This document shows, piece by piece, positions 48,151 through 57,277 of a stretch of DNA of 59,787 nt. The notes under the pieces were generated by a model. That model was given only the letters and a program-made list of their open reading frames with translations. It ran no database searches and was not told the origin of the DNA. The stretch is from Ignavibacteria bacterium (lineage in GTDB: Bacteria > Bacteroidota > Ignavibacteria > Tepidaquicellales > OLB5), in assembly GCA_041859235.1 (NCBI GenBank), contig JBHEKV010000165.1, forward strand, positions 1 through 59,787. The letters run 5' to 3'. The stretch's first letter is position 1, and each line of letters starts with the position of its first letter. Both the position numbers and the translations under genes were made by a program.

Positions 48151-48555
48151 TCAGCTTCTTTCGAGCATCGCGTATTCACCAAGCATTTCCTGTTTTGCCC
48201 TGCTGAGTATGCCGGTGATAAGTTTCATCGCCGATATCTGTTTATCGCCGTCAACAAGTTCGCTAATGTTCTTCCAGAGAGCTTCCTCAAATATATTGAT
48301 CGCAACCTGCACTTCTGTAGGCTCAAAACCCATAGAAAACCTTTCGTCAGACAGCTTATCCATGTATGAAGCAAGATCATTGCATGAATTCTTTTCTACA
48401 CAATTTGTAACTGATACAAGCAGTTTCTTGTATCTTGTGTTGATATCAGACTCTTTGAATTTTTCGTAATGAGGCAAATGGGCTCTAAGCAGGGAGTTTG
48501 TCGCGTCAAGCAGGACCTGGTCTGGTTTGTTATATAAAAGATCCAGTAGTGTCAT
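48151..48555 (-). CDS. Stand-alone all-alpha sensor-like protein, paralog B
   Basis: See paralog A. It has its own terminator and promoter-like box. Confidence 0.7.
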   Translation of the reverse strand: MTLLDLLYNKPDQVLLDATNSLLRAHLPHYEKFKESDINTRYKKLLVSVTNCVEKNSCNDLASYMDKLSDERFSMGFEPTEVQVAINIFEEALWKNISELVDGDKQISAMKLITGILSRAKQEMLGEYAMLERS

Positions 48556-48590
48556 TTTTACATCCTCGTATAGTTGTAAATTATGTCTAT

Positions 48591-48598
48591 CAAAAATA
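48591..48598 (-). promoter_or_regulatory. Candidate -7 box (TATTTTTG on the minus strand)
   Basis: TAnnTTTG match 36 nt upstream of the 48555 start. Confidence 0.3.
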
Positions 48599-48747
48599 AA
48601 TAATAAACTTATGTATTAAAATACAATAATGCCCTGCGCAGAAGAATCATAATATTATATGATTTTTATCCCTGATGCAAAACAATAAAGCCGGGTCTTT
48701 AAAGACCCGGCTCTCTCTAAATATTGAAAAGTTTTCGAAAACGGGCT

Positions 48748-51240
48748 CTAATAGTCCATTCCGTCATCGCCGTTATTATTGTTATCGTCGTTGTTCCGTT
48801 TCTTACCTTTTTCAAATTTGTTCTTATCCTGCTGCCCGAATCTGTAGCTGATGTTAAGGAATACTGTTCTCGCGTCTCTTTTTCTTTCGAAAGTTTCGTA
48901 ATATCCTTCACCGCTAATATTAGCTTTGAATTTCGCCTCGTCAAGAATATCACTTACCCGTAATGTCATACTTAAGCGTTTATTGAAAAAGTCCTTTTTT
49001 AAAGCTGCATCCAGCATTGAAAAAGGCTCAAATGTTCCCTGCGCATTATAATGTTTCCCTGAGTAGAAGTATGAAACCTGGAGGCTCATATCGAACGGCA
49101 AAACTAATGTTGACATAGCGCGGGCAGTCCACGAGTAACCGCTGTTAGATATTCCCGTACCTAAATTGGAAGCGTCTATTTCTGTCTTGTAATAGCTGAA
49201 TGTTCCGTTGAGTGTCCATGTTTTTGAAGGGGTCGCGTTTAAAATAAGCTCGCCGCCGTAGAACTTTGACTTATTGTAATTTACAAATGTTGAAAGTGTT
49301 GTAATACTGTCAATCAATGTACGCGAGCGTGATATCTGATCCTTTGTTTGCCTGAAGAAAAAAGTAGGAGTTACTGTTGCGAACGGCAGGTACTGAATGT
49401 AACTCAGCTCAAATGCGTCAGTGAATTCAGGGTTCAGATCAGGATTACCCTGCGAAAGGGTGTTAGTCCCTCCCATCATACTTATCGTAACAAACGGGTT
49501 AAGCTGCCTTGATCTTGGGCGATTGACTCTTCTTGCATAGCTTAGCTGTATTTCGCTGGTTTTAGTCAATTTCTGGGAAATACTGGCGCTTGGGAAAAAA
49601 TCTACGTAACTCCTGTCAAAGGTCTGCCCGTTGTTCATAAGCTCTCCCTTAACTATGGTCTGTTCTATCCTTGTGCCCAAAGAAAATCCGAAATTGCCCA
49701 GCTGGTTTGTATATATTCCATAAAAGGCGTTTATCTGTTCTTTGTATATGAACCTGTTTGAAGAGTTCAGGCTAGTTACATACTGATTGTTTTGATAATC
49801 ATAGTTTTCGAGCCTGTAATCATTATCCCGCTTTTTATAGCTTCCGCGGAATCCTGTTTCAATCTTTGCGTCTTTGCTGAACGGATGAACATAATTCAGT
49901 TCCGCTATATATGCGTCATCAGTTTCTTTGCTGAACTCATTCCTGTTTACCGGTTCAGGAACGATCGGGGTGATATAAGTATCATAAGTGTTGGTTACCT
50001 CATCGTCTTTATCTCTGGAAAAGGAAAGATCAGCCGTAAAAACCTGCTGCGGTTTTTTGAACCTCAGAGTATAGTTTGCGGCAATATCATAATTAAAGCC
50101 ATCGTCTTCATGAGTTGTAATATTGAAATACTGTGAAGTTAATATATTTGAATTATTATACACCATGTCATCGGTATTATCGAACCTGCTTCTTTTGGTT
50201 CCCCTCAGGTTAAATGAAAAACCCAGAGTGTTAGAGGGATTCAGGAAAAAATCCACGCCGAATTTCGCGTTATGTCCGCGCATATGTCCGCGCGCATTGC
50301 TGGTCTCATCGGTAAAGTAGGAGTCTGAGTTGATATAGTTGAACCTTTCATTCAGTCCGTTAAATATCATATGGTTTGAATTATAGCCGTAATTTCCGAA
50401 CATATTGTATTTGCTGTTCTTTAAGCTAAAACTGAATTGTCCGCTGTATTTATCACGGGTTCCAATATTGAGTCCAATTGTACCGTTATAACCTACACCG
50501 CGGTTCTCATTTTTCTTCATTATTATGTTTATTATACCTGAAGAGCCTTCGGCCTCATACTTTGCTGAAGGATTTGTGATCAGCTCTATGCTTTCGACCT
50601 GTGTTGCTGATATCTGCGCAAGCAAATCGCCGCGGTTAGTTCCTTCAAGTCCCGATGGCCTGCCGTCTATCATTATTTTCACGCCTTCGCTGCCGCGCAA
50701 ACTGATATTATTATCTTGGTCAACGGTTACCGAGGGTATTTCTTTCAGCAGATCAATTACTGAACTGCCCTGGTTGGTAATGTTTTTGCCTACGTTGAAT
50801 ACTTTCTTATCCGGGCGGAATTCAATCTGGCTTTTTTCACTCTCAACTACAATTTCATCTGTGGTTGTATTTCCTGAAGATAATTTGATCGGCTCAAGCG
50901 CCAATGTAAGATTATTCGGGTTTATTGTAACCCCGCTTACAACCGAAAGATTATATCCTACTAGATTTGCCTTCAGATAAAATTTACCATAAGGCACTCC
51001 GCTCAGGGTAAACTGCCCTGCGGCATTCGTCTGTGTTCCTTTTACAAATGTTGAATCCTTAACCCTGTTAACAGTAATATCAGCGCCCTCAACAGGCAAT
51101 CCTGTTGTTTTATCTATTACTGATCCGGAAATTACACCGGTTTCCTGTGCTTTTAAAGGAGAGGTTACAGATCCTGTCACAACAAAAGCCGCAATTATAA
51201 ACGCTGTTTTGAGAAAAAAGCCCCTAAAAAATTGATTCAT
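48748..51240 (-). CDS. TonB-dependent-receptor-like outer-membrane beta-barrel protein (CarboxypepD_reg + plug + OMP_b-brl_3 type)
   Basis: Signal peptide. GVISGSVIDKTTGLPVEGADITV. VESIELITNPSAKYEAEGSSGIINIIMKK. A long beta-barrel ending ...FLNISYRFG, then an Asn/Asp-rich tail. Confidence 0.85.
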   Translation of the reverse strand: MNQFFRGFFLKTAFIIAAFVVTGSVTSPLKAQETGVISGSVIDKTTGLPVEGADITVNRVKDSTFVKGTQTNAAGQFTLSGVPYGKFYLKANLVGYNLSVVSGVTINPNNLTLALEPIKLSSGNTTTDEIVVESEKSQIEFRPDKKVFNVGKNITNQGSSVIDLLKEIPSVTVDQDNNISLRGSEGVKIMIDGRPSGLEGTNRGDLLAQISATQVESIELITNPSAKYEAEGSSGIINIIMKKNENRGVGYNGTIGLNIGTRDKYSGQFSFSLKNSKYNMFGNYGYNSNHMIFNGLNERFNYINSDSYFTDETSNARGHMRGHNAKFGVDFFLNPSNTLGFSFNLRGTKRSRFDNTDDMVYNNSNILTSQYFNITTHEDDGFNYDIAANYTLRFKKPQQVFTADLSFSRDKDDEVTNTYDTYITPIVPEPVNRNEFSKETDDAYIAELNYVHPFSKDAKIETGFRGSYKKRDNDYRLENYDYQNNQYVTSLNSSNRFIYKEQINAFYGIYTNQLGNFGFSLGTRIEQTIVKGELMNNGQTFDRSYVDFFPSASISQKLTKTSEIQLSYARRVNRPRSRQLNPFVTISMMGGTNTLSQGNPDLNPEFTDAFELSYIQYLPFATVTPTFFFRQTKDQISRSRTLIDSITTLSTFVNYNKSKFYGGELILNATPSKTWTLNGTFSYYKTEIDASNLGTGISNSGYSWTARAMSTLVLPFDMSLQVSYFYSGKHYNAQGTFEPFSMLDAALKKDFFNKRLSMTLRVSDILDEAKFKANISGEGYYETFERKRDARTVFLNISYRFGQQDKNKFEKGKKRNNDDNNNNGDDGMDY

Positions 51241-51281
51241 GATCTTTCCAGTTTTTTGTTCTTTTCGGTACTATACTAACA

Positions 51282-51289
51282 CAAATATA
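51282..51289 (-). promoter_or_regulatory. Candidate -7 box (TATATTTG on the minus strand)
   Basis: TAnnTTTG match 42 nt upstream of the 51240 start. Confidence 0.3.
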
Positions 51290-51342
51290 GCTTTTAATGA
51301 TTCATCTTTCTGTAAATATATGTAAATAGAAAGAAATATTTG

Positions 51343-51356
51343 TGAATGAACATTCA
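51343..51356. promoter_or_regulatory. Palindrome TGAATG-AA-CATTCA upstream of the receptor gene (candidate regulator site)
   Basis: 6-bp inverted repeat read directly, about 100-115 nt upstream of the start codon. Confidence 0.3.
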
Positions 51357-51360
51357 TACA

Positions 51361-51394
51361 AAAACAAAGCCCGAAAATTTCAATTTTCAGGCTT
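51361..51394 (-). terminator. Rho-independent terminator of the 51428-52510 gene
   Basis: On the minus strand, AGCCUGAAAAU / AUUUUCGGGCU forms an 11-bp stem with one G-U pair, followed by TTTGTTTTT. Confidence 0.7.
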
Positions 51395-51427
51395 GGTTAT
51401 TCAATATTTTTTTTGAGATTAGAATGT

Positions 51428-52510
51428 TTACTTTATAAGTGTAAATCTTTTTGTTTCAGAAAAATTCTCTGCGGAAAGACGATAGAAGTAGATTCCTGAA
51501 GCCATTTTGGAACCATCAAATTTTATTGAGTGATAGCCTCCTTCCTTATATCCATCAAGCAGTACAGATAAACTTTGTCCGGTAATGCTGAATATCTCCA
51601 GTTTTACATTACCCGCATTATGCAGTGTGAAGCAAATAATAGTTGAAGGATTTGACGGGTTTGGATAATTCTGCTCCAGTTTTGTGATTTCCGGCGGTTT
51701 AATAACAACTATTTCATTCAACTCATAATATTCAAAATTTCCGTTATAATCTGTTTGTTTCAGCCTGAATCTGTAATTTCCCGGCTTATTGATAATATTG
51801 ACCGCAGAATAGCTTACAGGTATACTGCTGTTGCCGCATCCTGTAATGTAACACCCAGGTTCCCAGTTTACTGAACCTGCTTCACTGCGCTCCAGGAAGA
51901 AACCTGTGTTATTTATTTCCCAGCCTGTTTGCCACGATAAATTGACAATATTTCTGTTTACCGAATATGTAAAAAAGTTCATTCCTACAGGCAGTGTGAT
52001 AGATTTATGTATTCTGATGTCATCAAGGTATAGATTTCCTGTTGATATTAGTGCGGAAACTTCAAGGACTAAAGAAATATTGTCGTCAGCTGTAACATTA
52101 TAAGCATAAGAATATTTAGTCCATGTGTTATTAAGCAGGGATGAAAGTGAAATTGACTCAAGGGTGACATCTGTACCGGTTCCGCTTAGCTTAACATTCA
52201 AAGAACCCGAAAGTGAAAGTAATGAAGACCTTCTCAACCAGAATGATATGGTGTCAAAACTTTCTCCTGTGAGAACGCTGAACGGAACTGAGGTGATGTT
52301 CCCGGAACTTAATACACCCAGGAAAGGATATGCGGCCGATTTTGATCCGCTAACGGTATGGTTTTGCGTTGAACTTTCAGAAAAAGTCGCAGCGCTCCAC
52401 CCTGCGGGAAGCCAGCTGCCTTCGAAATGTTCGGCAATATTTACTTCCTGCTGTGAATAAGCCAAACGGATAAATAAGATGAGCGAAAAAAAAATAATAG
52501 GGTGCTTCAT
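51428..52510 (-). CDS. Secreted protein with a T9SS C-terminal sorting domain (N-terminal choice-of-anchor/MAM-like region, Fn3-like middle)
   Basis: Signal peptide. EHFEGSWLPAGWSAATF. C-terminal NYPNPSNPSTIICF...GIYFYRL...KRFTLIK. Confidence 0.75.
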   Translation of the reverse strand: MKHPIIFFSLILFIRLAYSQQEVNIAEHFEGSWLPAGWSAATFSESSTQNHTVSGSKSAAYPFLGVLSSGNITSVPFSVLTGESFDTISFWLRRSSLLSLSGSLNVKLSGTGTDVTLESISLSSLLNNTWTKYSYAYNVTADDNISLVLEVSALISTGNLYLDDIRIHKSITLPVGMNFFTYSVNRNIVNLSWQTGWEINNTGFFLERSEAGSVNWEPGCYITGCGNSSIPVSYSAVNIINKPGNYRFRLKQTDYNGNFEYYELNEIVVIKPPEITKLEQNYPNPSNPSTIICFTLHNAGNVKLEIFSITGQSLSVLLDGYKEGGYHSIKFDGSKMASGIYFYRLSAENFSETKRFTLIK

Positions 52511-52727
52511 GATGTCCTTTTTTTTGAATTTATGGATGTGGTTAATTCAAAAACAACGATCGAAATGAAGTCTGTTTACGCTGTTATGATGAAAAACAAA
52601 GGATCTTATCTTCTAGAATGTACAAGTATAAATTCATAATGGATAGATAGAAAATGCTGTACTTCATTAATAAGTACAAACTAACAATTTCAGATGCATT
52701 AGTAAATACCGATATAGCGGTAAAAAA

Positions 52728-53879
52728 TTATCTTGAAATTTCTCTGCATCCTGAAAATTCTGCAATTTCTTTCAGCTTCAGCTCATAATTTTCAAAAAAT
52801 CTTTCATCTTTGTGAAATCTTTCTTCCCAAAATTCATTAATAACTTTAAAATTGCCTGATTTCCTGTCCGCTTTTGCGTCAATTCGTCCGGCGAATTTAT
52901 TGCCGTACAGCACCGGAAGGCAGAAGTAACCGTATTTTCTTTTCGGGGCAGGTATGTAACACTCCACAAAATATTCAAACCCAAAGAGGTCCTGCAATCT
53001 CTTTCGCTGAATCACAATGTTATCGAACGGTGAAAGGATATGAACACTTTTATCAGCCTTTCCTGCAGGAAGAGTCTGCAGCATTTTTTTGGTTGAGTAG
53101 TACTCATCATTTTCAAGTTCCTTTATTTTAACCGGCACAATTGTTTTTTCTTCAATCAGCCTTTTAATTGTAAGTTTGGTTGCTGCCCTGTTGTGATGCC
53201 TTAAATATGTGAGTTCTTTTTCTGATGAAATTCCGTTGGCAGTGATCGATCTCATTATTAAATGTTCCGATAATTCTTCATCCGAGGGCACAGAAAGCTC
53301 AGCGTGGGGCGGAAGTATTCTTTCAGGCAGGTCATAAACTTTCTGGAAGCTTTTCCTGGCTTTTGCAGCAAGCCTGCCGGTGTGGAAAAGAAATTCAAGT
53401 CCTTCTTTTGCGGGTTTCCAGTCCCACCACAAACCCCGCTTTTTGGGTTCTTCAAAATCCCGTGATTGCAGCGGACCCTCGGCGGTAATTCTATCAATAA
53501 TATATTTCAGAAGTTTCCGGTTCTTGTTTTCCCAGGACTTGTACTTCTTTGCGTACATTTCTTTTCTGGGCAGGGTGAACCTGAAATGCTTCATAGGCAG
53601 ATAGGCCGCGGCATGATCCCAGTACTCAAATACTTTTTTGTCCTTATCAATAAGTTCATCAAGCATTTCATTCCTGAAATCCTGAAAGCGGGTCCACAAT
53701 ACATGCTTGTGTGCGCGCTCAACAATTGATATTGTATCTATTTGAACGTAACCAATCTGCTCAATTATTGCCTGGAGCCTCTTCTTGGGGGATAAACAAC
53801 TGCCGCCATGAAATAACTGTCCTGCAAGAGCAAGTTTCCTGGCATCGCTCAGATCAATTTTGATATGCTTTGAATTCAT
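52728..53879 (-). CDS. Winged-helix YcaQ/AlkZ-family protein (putative interstrand-crosslink DNA glycosylase)
   Basis: IEQIGYVQIDTISIVERAHKHVLWTR contains a Q-hydrophobic-D motif like YcaQ. The ~380-aa size and DUF1006-like layout also fit. Confidence 0.7.
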   Translation of the reverse strand: MNSKHIKIDLSDARKLALAGQLFHGGSCLSPKKRLQAIIEQIGYVQIDTISIVERAHKHVLWTRFQDFRNEMLDELIDKDKKVFEYWDHAAAYLPMKHFRFTLPRKEMYAKKYKSWENKNRKLLKYIIDRITAEGPLQSRDFEEPKKRGLWWDWKPAKEGLEFLFHTGRLAAKARKSFQKVYDLPERILPPHAELSVPSDEELSEHLIMRSITANGISSEKELTYLRHHNRAATKLTIKRLIEEKTIVPVKIKELENDEYYSTKKMLQTLPAGKADKSVHILSPFDNIVIQRKRLQDLFGFEYFVECYIPAPKRKYGYFCLPVLYGNKFAGRIDAKADRKSGNFKVINEFWEERFHKDERFFENYELKLKEIAEFSGCREISR

Positions 53880-53880
53880 A

Positions 53881-54192
53881 TTAAGGGTAACTTCCGGATA
53901 TATTCAATTTCTTTACCATCTCGCTTGAAATTTCATCACTGTAAATGCCATAGGCATTAACCAAGGTACCTTTAATACCGTCCTTTGATGCAATAGCGTA
54001 CACAATTTCCTCGTCATCAGGGTTGGAATCACCTTCAAACCTGTAAAACTCGGTTATTTCAAAATCATCAGGATGAAGTTTAAGCTCAATAGCTGTGCAT
54101 TTTATACAGTCGCACTCAATATTAAAATTATGCACATAACCGCGTTTTGCAAGATCGTATAATGCTTCAGTGAGTGTTTGATATGAGTGCAT
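53881..54192 (-). CDS. Conserved small hypothetical protein (103 aa)
   Basis: TEALYDLAKRGYVHNFN...FEGDSNPDDEEIVYAIASKDGIKGTLVNAYGIYSD resembles a small family common in Bacteroidota with no established function. Confidence 0.55.
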   Translation of the reverse strand: MHSYQTLTEALYDLAKRGYVHNFNIECDCIKCTAIELKLHPDDFEITEFYRFEGDSNPDDEEIVYAIASKDGIKGTLVNAYGIYSDEISSEMVKKLNISGSYP

Positions 54193-54195
54193 TTG

Positions 54196-54639
54196 CTATC
54201 CTTTAAATTCAGCTTTTAGATGAGAGCCGTCGCAAAACGGTTTGTTGCGTGAATATCCGCACCGGCAGAACGCAGTAACATCAGTTCTCTTTTCTGTTGA
54301 GCCGTCAGCTTTCTTTATCCATATATTCCCATATACAAAAAGCGGTCCGTTTGGTTTTGCCTCAACTACTGTATCAATTTCAACTTTATCCTCCGGGATT
54401 CTTTCGCCTTCGGAGTTTAAATAAAAACTTAAAGCTGCAGAAGGACACTTGCTTACCTGGCTGATGATATGTTCTGTATCAGACCCGTTTGCATCTATCC
54501 ATGGCCTCTTTGCCGGATCAAAAACAGTTGGCAGCCCGTTAAAACATTTCTGCGAATGTATGCATCTTGCGGGCTTCCATACAATTGTCACCTCGCCATT
54601 GGAATATTTCTTTGTGATCCTGCTCAGATCTGCTGCCAT
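54196..54639 (-). CDS. Fusion of a divergent 4Fe-4S mono-cluster domain (Fer4_19/DUF1271-like) and a CDGSH iron-sulfur domain
   Basis: N-terminal half: VTIVWKPARCIHSQKCFNGLP...VSKCPSAALSF. C-terminal half: CRCGYSRNKPFCDGSH matches C-x-C-x2-S-x3-P-x-CDGSH. Confidence 0.8.
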   Translation of the reverse strand: MAADLSRITKKYSNGEVTIVWKPARCIHSQKCFNGLPTVFDPAKRPWIDANGSDTEHIISQVSKCPSAALSFYLNSEGERIPEDKVEIDTVVEAKPNGPLFVYGNIWIKKADGSTEKRTDVTAFCRCGYSRNKPFCDGSHLKAEFKG

Positions 54640-54643
54640 ATTT

Positions 54644-55576
54644 CTACTTGTAATAAGTTTTCAAAAAATTGTTCAGCGGAATTTCCTCGTATTCTGAATC
54701 CTCACCCGGGTATCTTAACAAACTTTCAAATTTTCCGGTTTCTTTTGCGAGTCCCCAAATTAAGCTTTCTCCCGCAGGCAGTATATCGGGCGCTTTGGTA
54801 TATACTTCATCACTGAATGCGTCCGATGCGCTGATAAGCTCCCATCCGTTCTTTTTGAAATGAATTAAGAGCTCACCCAGAAATAATGCATTAATGAAAT
54901 TGTGATGAAGAAGCAATGTATGTTTAATATGCCTGCCCGTCAATTTGAAAGCAAGGCTATCATAGTACATTGCTCTGCCGAAAATGTGGTTAATGTAATA
55001 CTCTTTGTAAGGGGTCAGGTCGATATCAGGAGAAATTTTAAGTGTATCAACAGCCCTTGAATCAATATACCAGTCCGATGCGTCAATTGTCACATAACCG
55101 TTTCTGTATCCCTGATCATTAAGGAATTTTCTGAAACCATCCCTTTTTTCCGGTGAATCGCCTTCCTTCAAATATGGATACCTGAAAAATCTGGAGTATC
55201 CTGAGAAGCTGTTTATGAGCGAGTCACACCTCAGGAAATCCTTTTCATATGCTTCAATTGAAATTTTTTTTGAGTGAAAATAACCATGTGAATATGAATG
55301 ATTACATATCATGTGTCCTTTATCATTCCACCGGCTCAGCAATACTTTACCTTCGGCGTTATCTATCCTTTTTCCGCAGACAAACAGGGCGGCCTTTATT
55401 CCATGTTTATCCAGAACTTCAAGCAATGCGTCATCTTTTGCCATCCATGTCATATTACCCGAGCTTTCTGTATTAGGATCATCAATTGTTATTGATAGCT
55501 GCGGTGCTGAGTCCTGTGAGTATAATGAAACAAAATAAACAGCAAGAATCAGTATAATAGTGATTGGTTTGAGCAT
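54644..55576 (-). CDS. Secreted polysaccharide deacetylase (NodB/CE4-like)
   Basis: Signal peptide. LSITIDDPN (Asp motif) and NHSYSH (His motif). Confidence 0.7.
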   Translation of the reverse strand: MLKPITIILILAVYFVSLYSQDSAPQLSITIDDPNTESSGNMTWMAKDDALLEVLDKHGIKAALFVCGKRIDNAEGKVLLSRWNDKGHMICNHSYSHGYFHSKKISIEAYEKDFLRCDSLINSFSGYSRFFRYPYLKEGDSPEKRDGFRKFLNDQGYRNGYVTIDASDWYIDSRAVDTLKISPDIDLTPYKEYYINHIFGRAMYYDSLAFKLTGRHIKHTLLLHHNFINALFLGELLIHFKKNGWELISASDAFSDEVYTKAPDILPAGESLIWGLAKETGKFESLLRYPGEDSEYEEIPLNNFLKTYYK

Positions 55577-55599
55577 TCAGTTATTTTTATTATCGTTTA

Positions 55600-56106
55600 T
55601 CAGGTTCCTTTTTTCTTGAAGCCGACACTTACACCGGGGGTCAGCCCCAGGGTAATGCTTACGCCGTCAAGCGTGTAATCGCCCAGTTTAATTGAGTGGT
55701 AAAAATCTCCGGCTTTAAAAAGGCATTTCAGGGTCATGCTGACAAATCTTTTCTCTTTGGCTTCTTCCAGCAATGCTGTTTTTTCATTGTCGGGGATATC
55801 CTTTTTGTAATGAAATGATGTTGATACCGAAGGAGGCAGCCCAAGCGATACATTTATGCCCTTGAATTCATAACCTGACCTTGTTATTAAACCAAGCGAG
55901 CTGTTGATCTCTTCCATAACCTGTTTAACTTTGCCTATGCTTGATTCCTTGAACTCATCCATAATGGCTTTTTGTTCATCGCCTATGACATCATCTTTCA
56001 TTTCAACTATTTTTTCTGAAACTGTTGTAACGGCATTCTTTGCCTTATCAAGGAAACTGCCTGAAGACTCCTCAACCGGTTCCGAAATAATTTTTTCTTC
56101 TGACAT
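55600..56106 (-). CDS. Hypothetical protein with an acidic N-terminus and an internal duplicated beta-hairpin-like motif
   Basis: GYEFKGINVSLGLPPSVSTSFHYKK and GDYTLDGVSITLGLTPGVSVGFKKK repeat within 168 aa. Confidence 0.5.
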   Translation of the reverse strand: MSEEKIISEPVEESSGSFLDKAKNAVTTVSEKIVEMKDDVIGDEQKAIMDEFKESSIGKVKQVMEEINSSLGLITRSGYEFKGINVSLGLPPSVSTSFHYKKDIPDNEKTALLEEAKEKRFVSMTLKCLFKAGDFYHSIKLGDYTLDGVSITLGLTPGVSVGFKKKGT

Positions 56107-56232
56107 AAAATTAATAATTAAATTTGATGCAATTCAGCAAAGATAAATGATACTGCAAAAAGATAAAATCCTCAAAAAATTAGCAATGTTGTTAAACCGG
56201 TTTACTCAATTTCTTTTATCTATTATATATGT

Positions 56233-56240
56233 TATGTTTG
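56233..56240 (+). promoter_or_regulatory. Candidate -7 box TATGTTTG
   Basis: TAnnTTTG match 61 nt upstream of 56301. Confidence 0.3.
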
Positions 56241-56300
56241 CTGTACTTTCCTCATGAAATGTATACAATACATTGCAAAAACAGGTAATTTAAATAAGTA

Positions 56301-57275
56301 ATGACAACAAATCACGTTAAACCTATAGTAAGCTTAAAGGAGTTTTGCTCAAAAATAATAGACTATGCGGGACTTTTTCCGCCTGCAAGCCTTGAACTCG
56401 GACAGGCTTTCCATAATTTTGTGTATTATTCTCAGGGTGAATACAGATGGATGCTGAATAAATTCATAATTCCTGCAAAAAAGCTCGCAGAGCTTGGCAC
56501 CCTGATGGATGATATGACAATTAATGGAAAGGTATCCCTTTCGGTTCTTGGTACAGGCAGTGAGAATGTTAGTGAATTCAATGAATTGTTTAAAAGTGAT
56601 ATCACTTCAGTTAAAGAGTTCATTTCAAAATATCCTGGTACCGTTTCAGTTGATGCGTTTGAAGTACGGCTGCCATCTGAGATCTTCAAAAGCGATGATA
56701 ACAGCGAAATTCAGAATCTGGTGAGCATGATTTCTGCAACACTTGAAAATACTTTGGGCAGGAATATTCCCGCATTCTTTGAAGTCAGCCTGACGAATAA
56801 TTATGAGGCAGAGATTATACGAACAGTCGAAACCATCGGCGCTGTGGACAGGGGCTGCGGCTATAAATTAAGAACAGGCGGAATTGAACCAAGCGCCTTC
56901 CCTGAGCCTGAAGTGATCGCTTTTGCAATTATGACCTGCTGCGAGTTTGATGTTCCGATGAAGTGCACCGCAGGACTGCATCATCCTATCAGACATTACA
57001 ACGAAGAAGTTAAGGCAAACATGCACGGATTTATGAATGTATTTGCGGCAGGTATTCTGGCTTATACAAGTAATCTTGATGAAGCCGAAATTATTGAAGT
57101 ATTGACGGACCAGGACCCGTATGAATTTGTGTTTACTGAGAATGGATTTACTTGGAATGAAAATGAAGTTACAATTATAGAAATAAAAGCAGCCCGTGAA
57201 AAATTTATGCTCTCTTACGGAAGCTGCAGTTTTGATGAACCAATAGATGACTTGAAAACAATGGAGTTATTTTAA
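56301..57275 (+). CDS. Conserved hypothetical enzyme-like protein, 324 aa, family not recognised
   Basis: Long ORF. Conserved-looking blocks AGLFPPASL, GYKLRTGG and KCTAGLHHP. Its stop lies 2 nt before the fahA start. Confidence 0.6.
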   Translation: MTTNHVKPIVSLKEFCSKIIDYAGLFPPASLELGQAFHNFVYYSQGEYRWMLNKFIIPAKKLAELGTLMDDMTINGKVSLSVLGTGSENVSEFNELFKSDITSVKEFISKYPGTVSVDAFEVRLPSEIFKSDDNSEIQNLVSMISATLENTLGRNIPAFFEVSLTNNYEAEIIRTVETIGAVDRGCGYKLRTGGIEPSAFPEPEVIAFAIMTCCEFDVPMKCTAGLHHPIRHYNEEVKANMHGFMNVFAAGILAYTSNLDEAEIIEVLTDQDPYEFVFTENGFTWNENEVTIIEIKAAREKFMLSYGSCSFDEPIDDLKTMELF

Positions 57276-57277
57276 TT

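Noticed and set aside
48717-48963. Two ~78-aa ORFs on opposite strands at the receptor gene 3' end.
   Set aside because: They are alternate-frame readings of the Asn/Asp-rich tail region of the 48748-51240 CDS.
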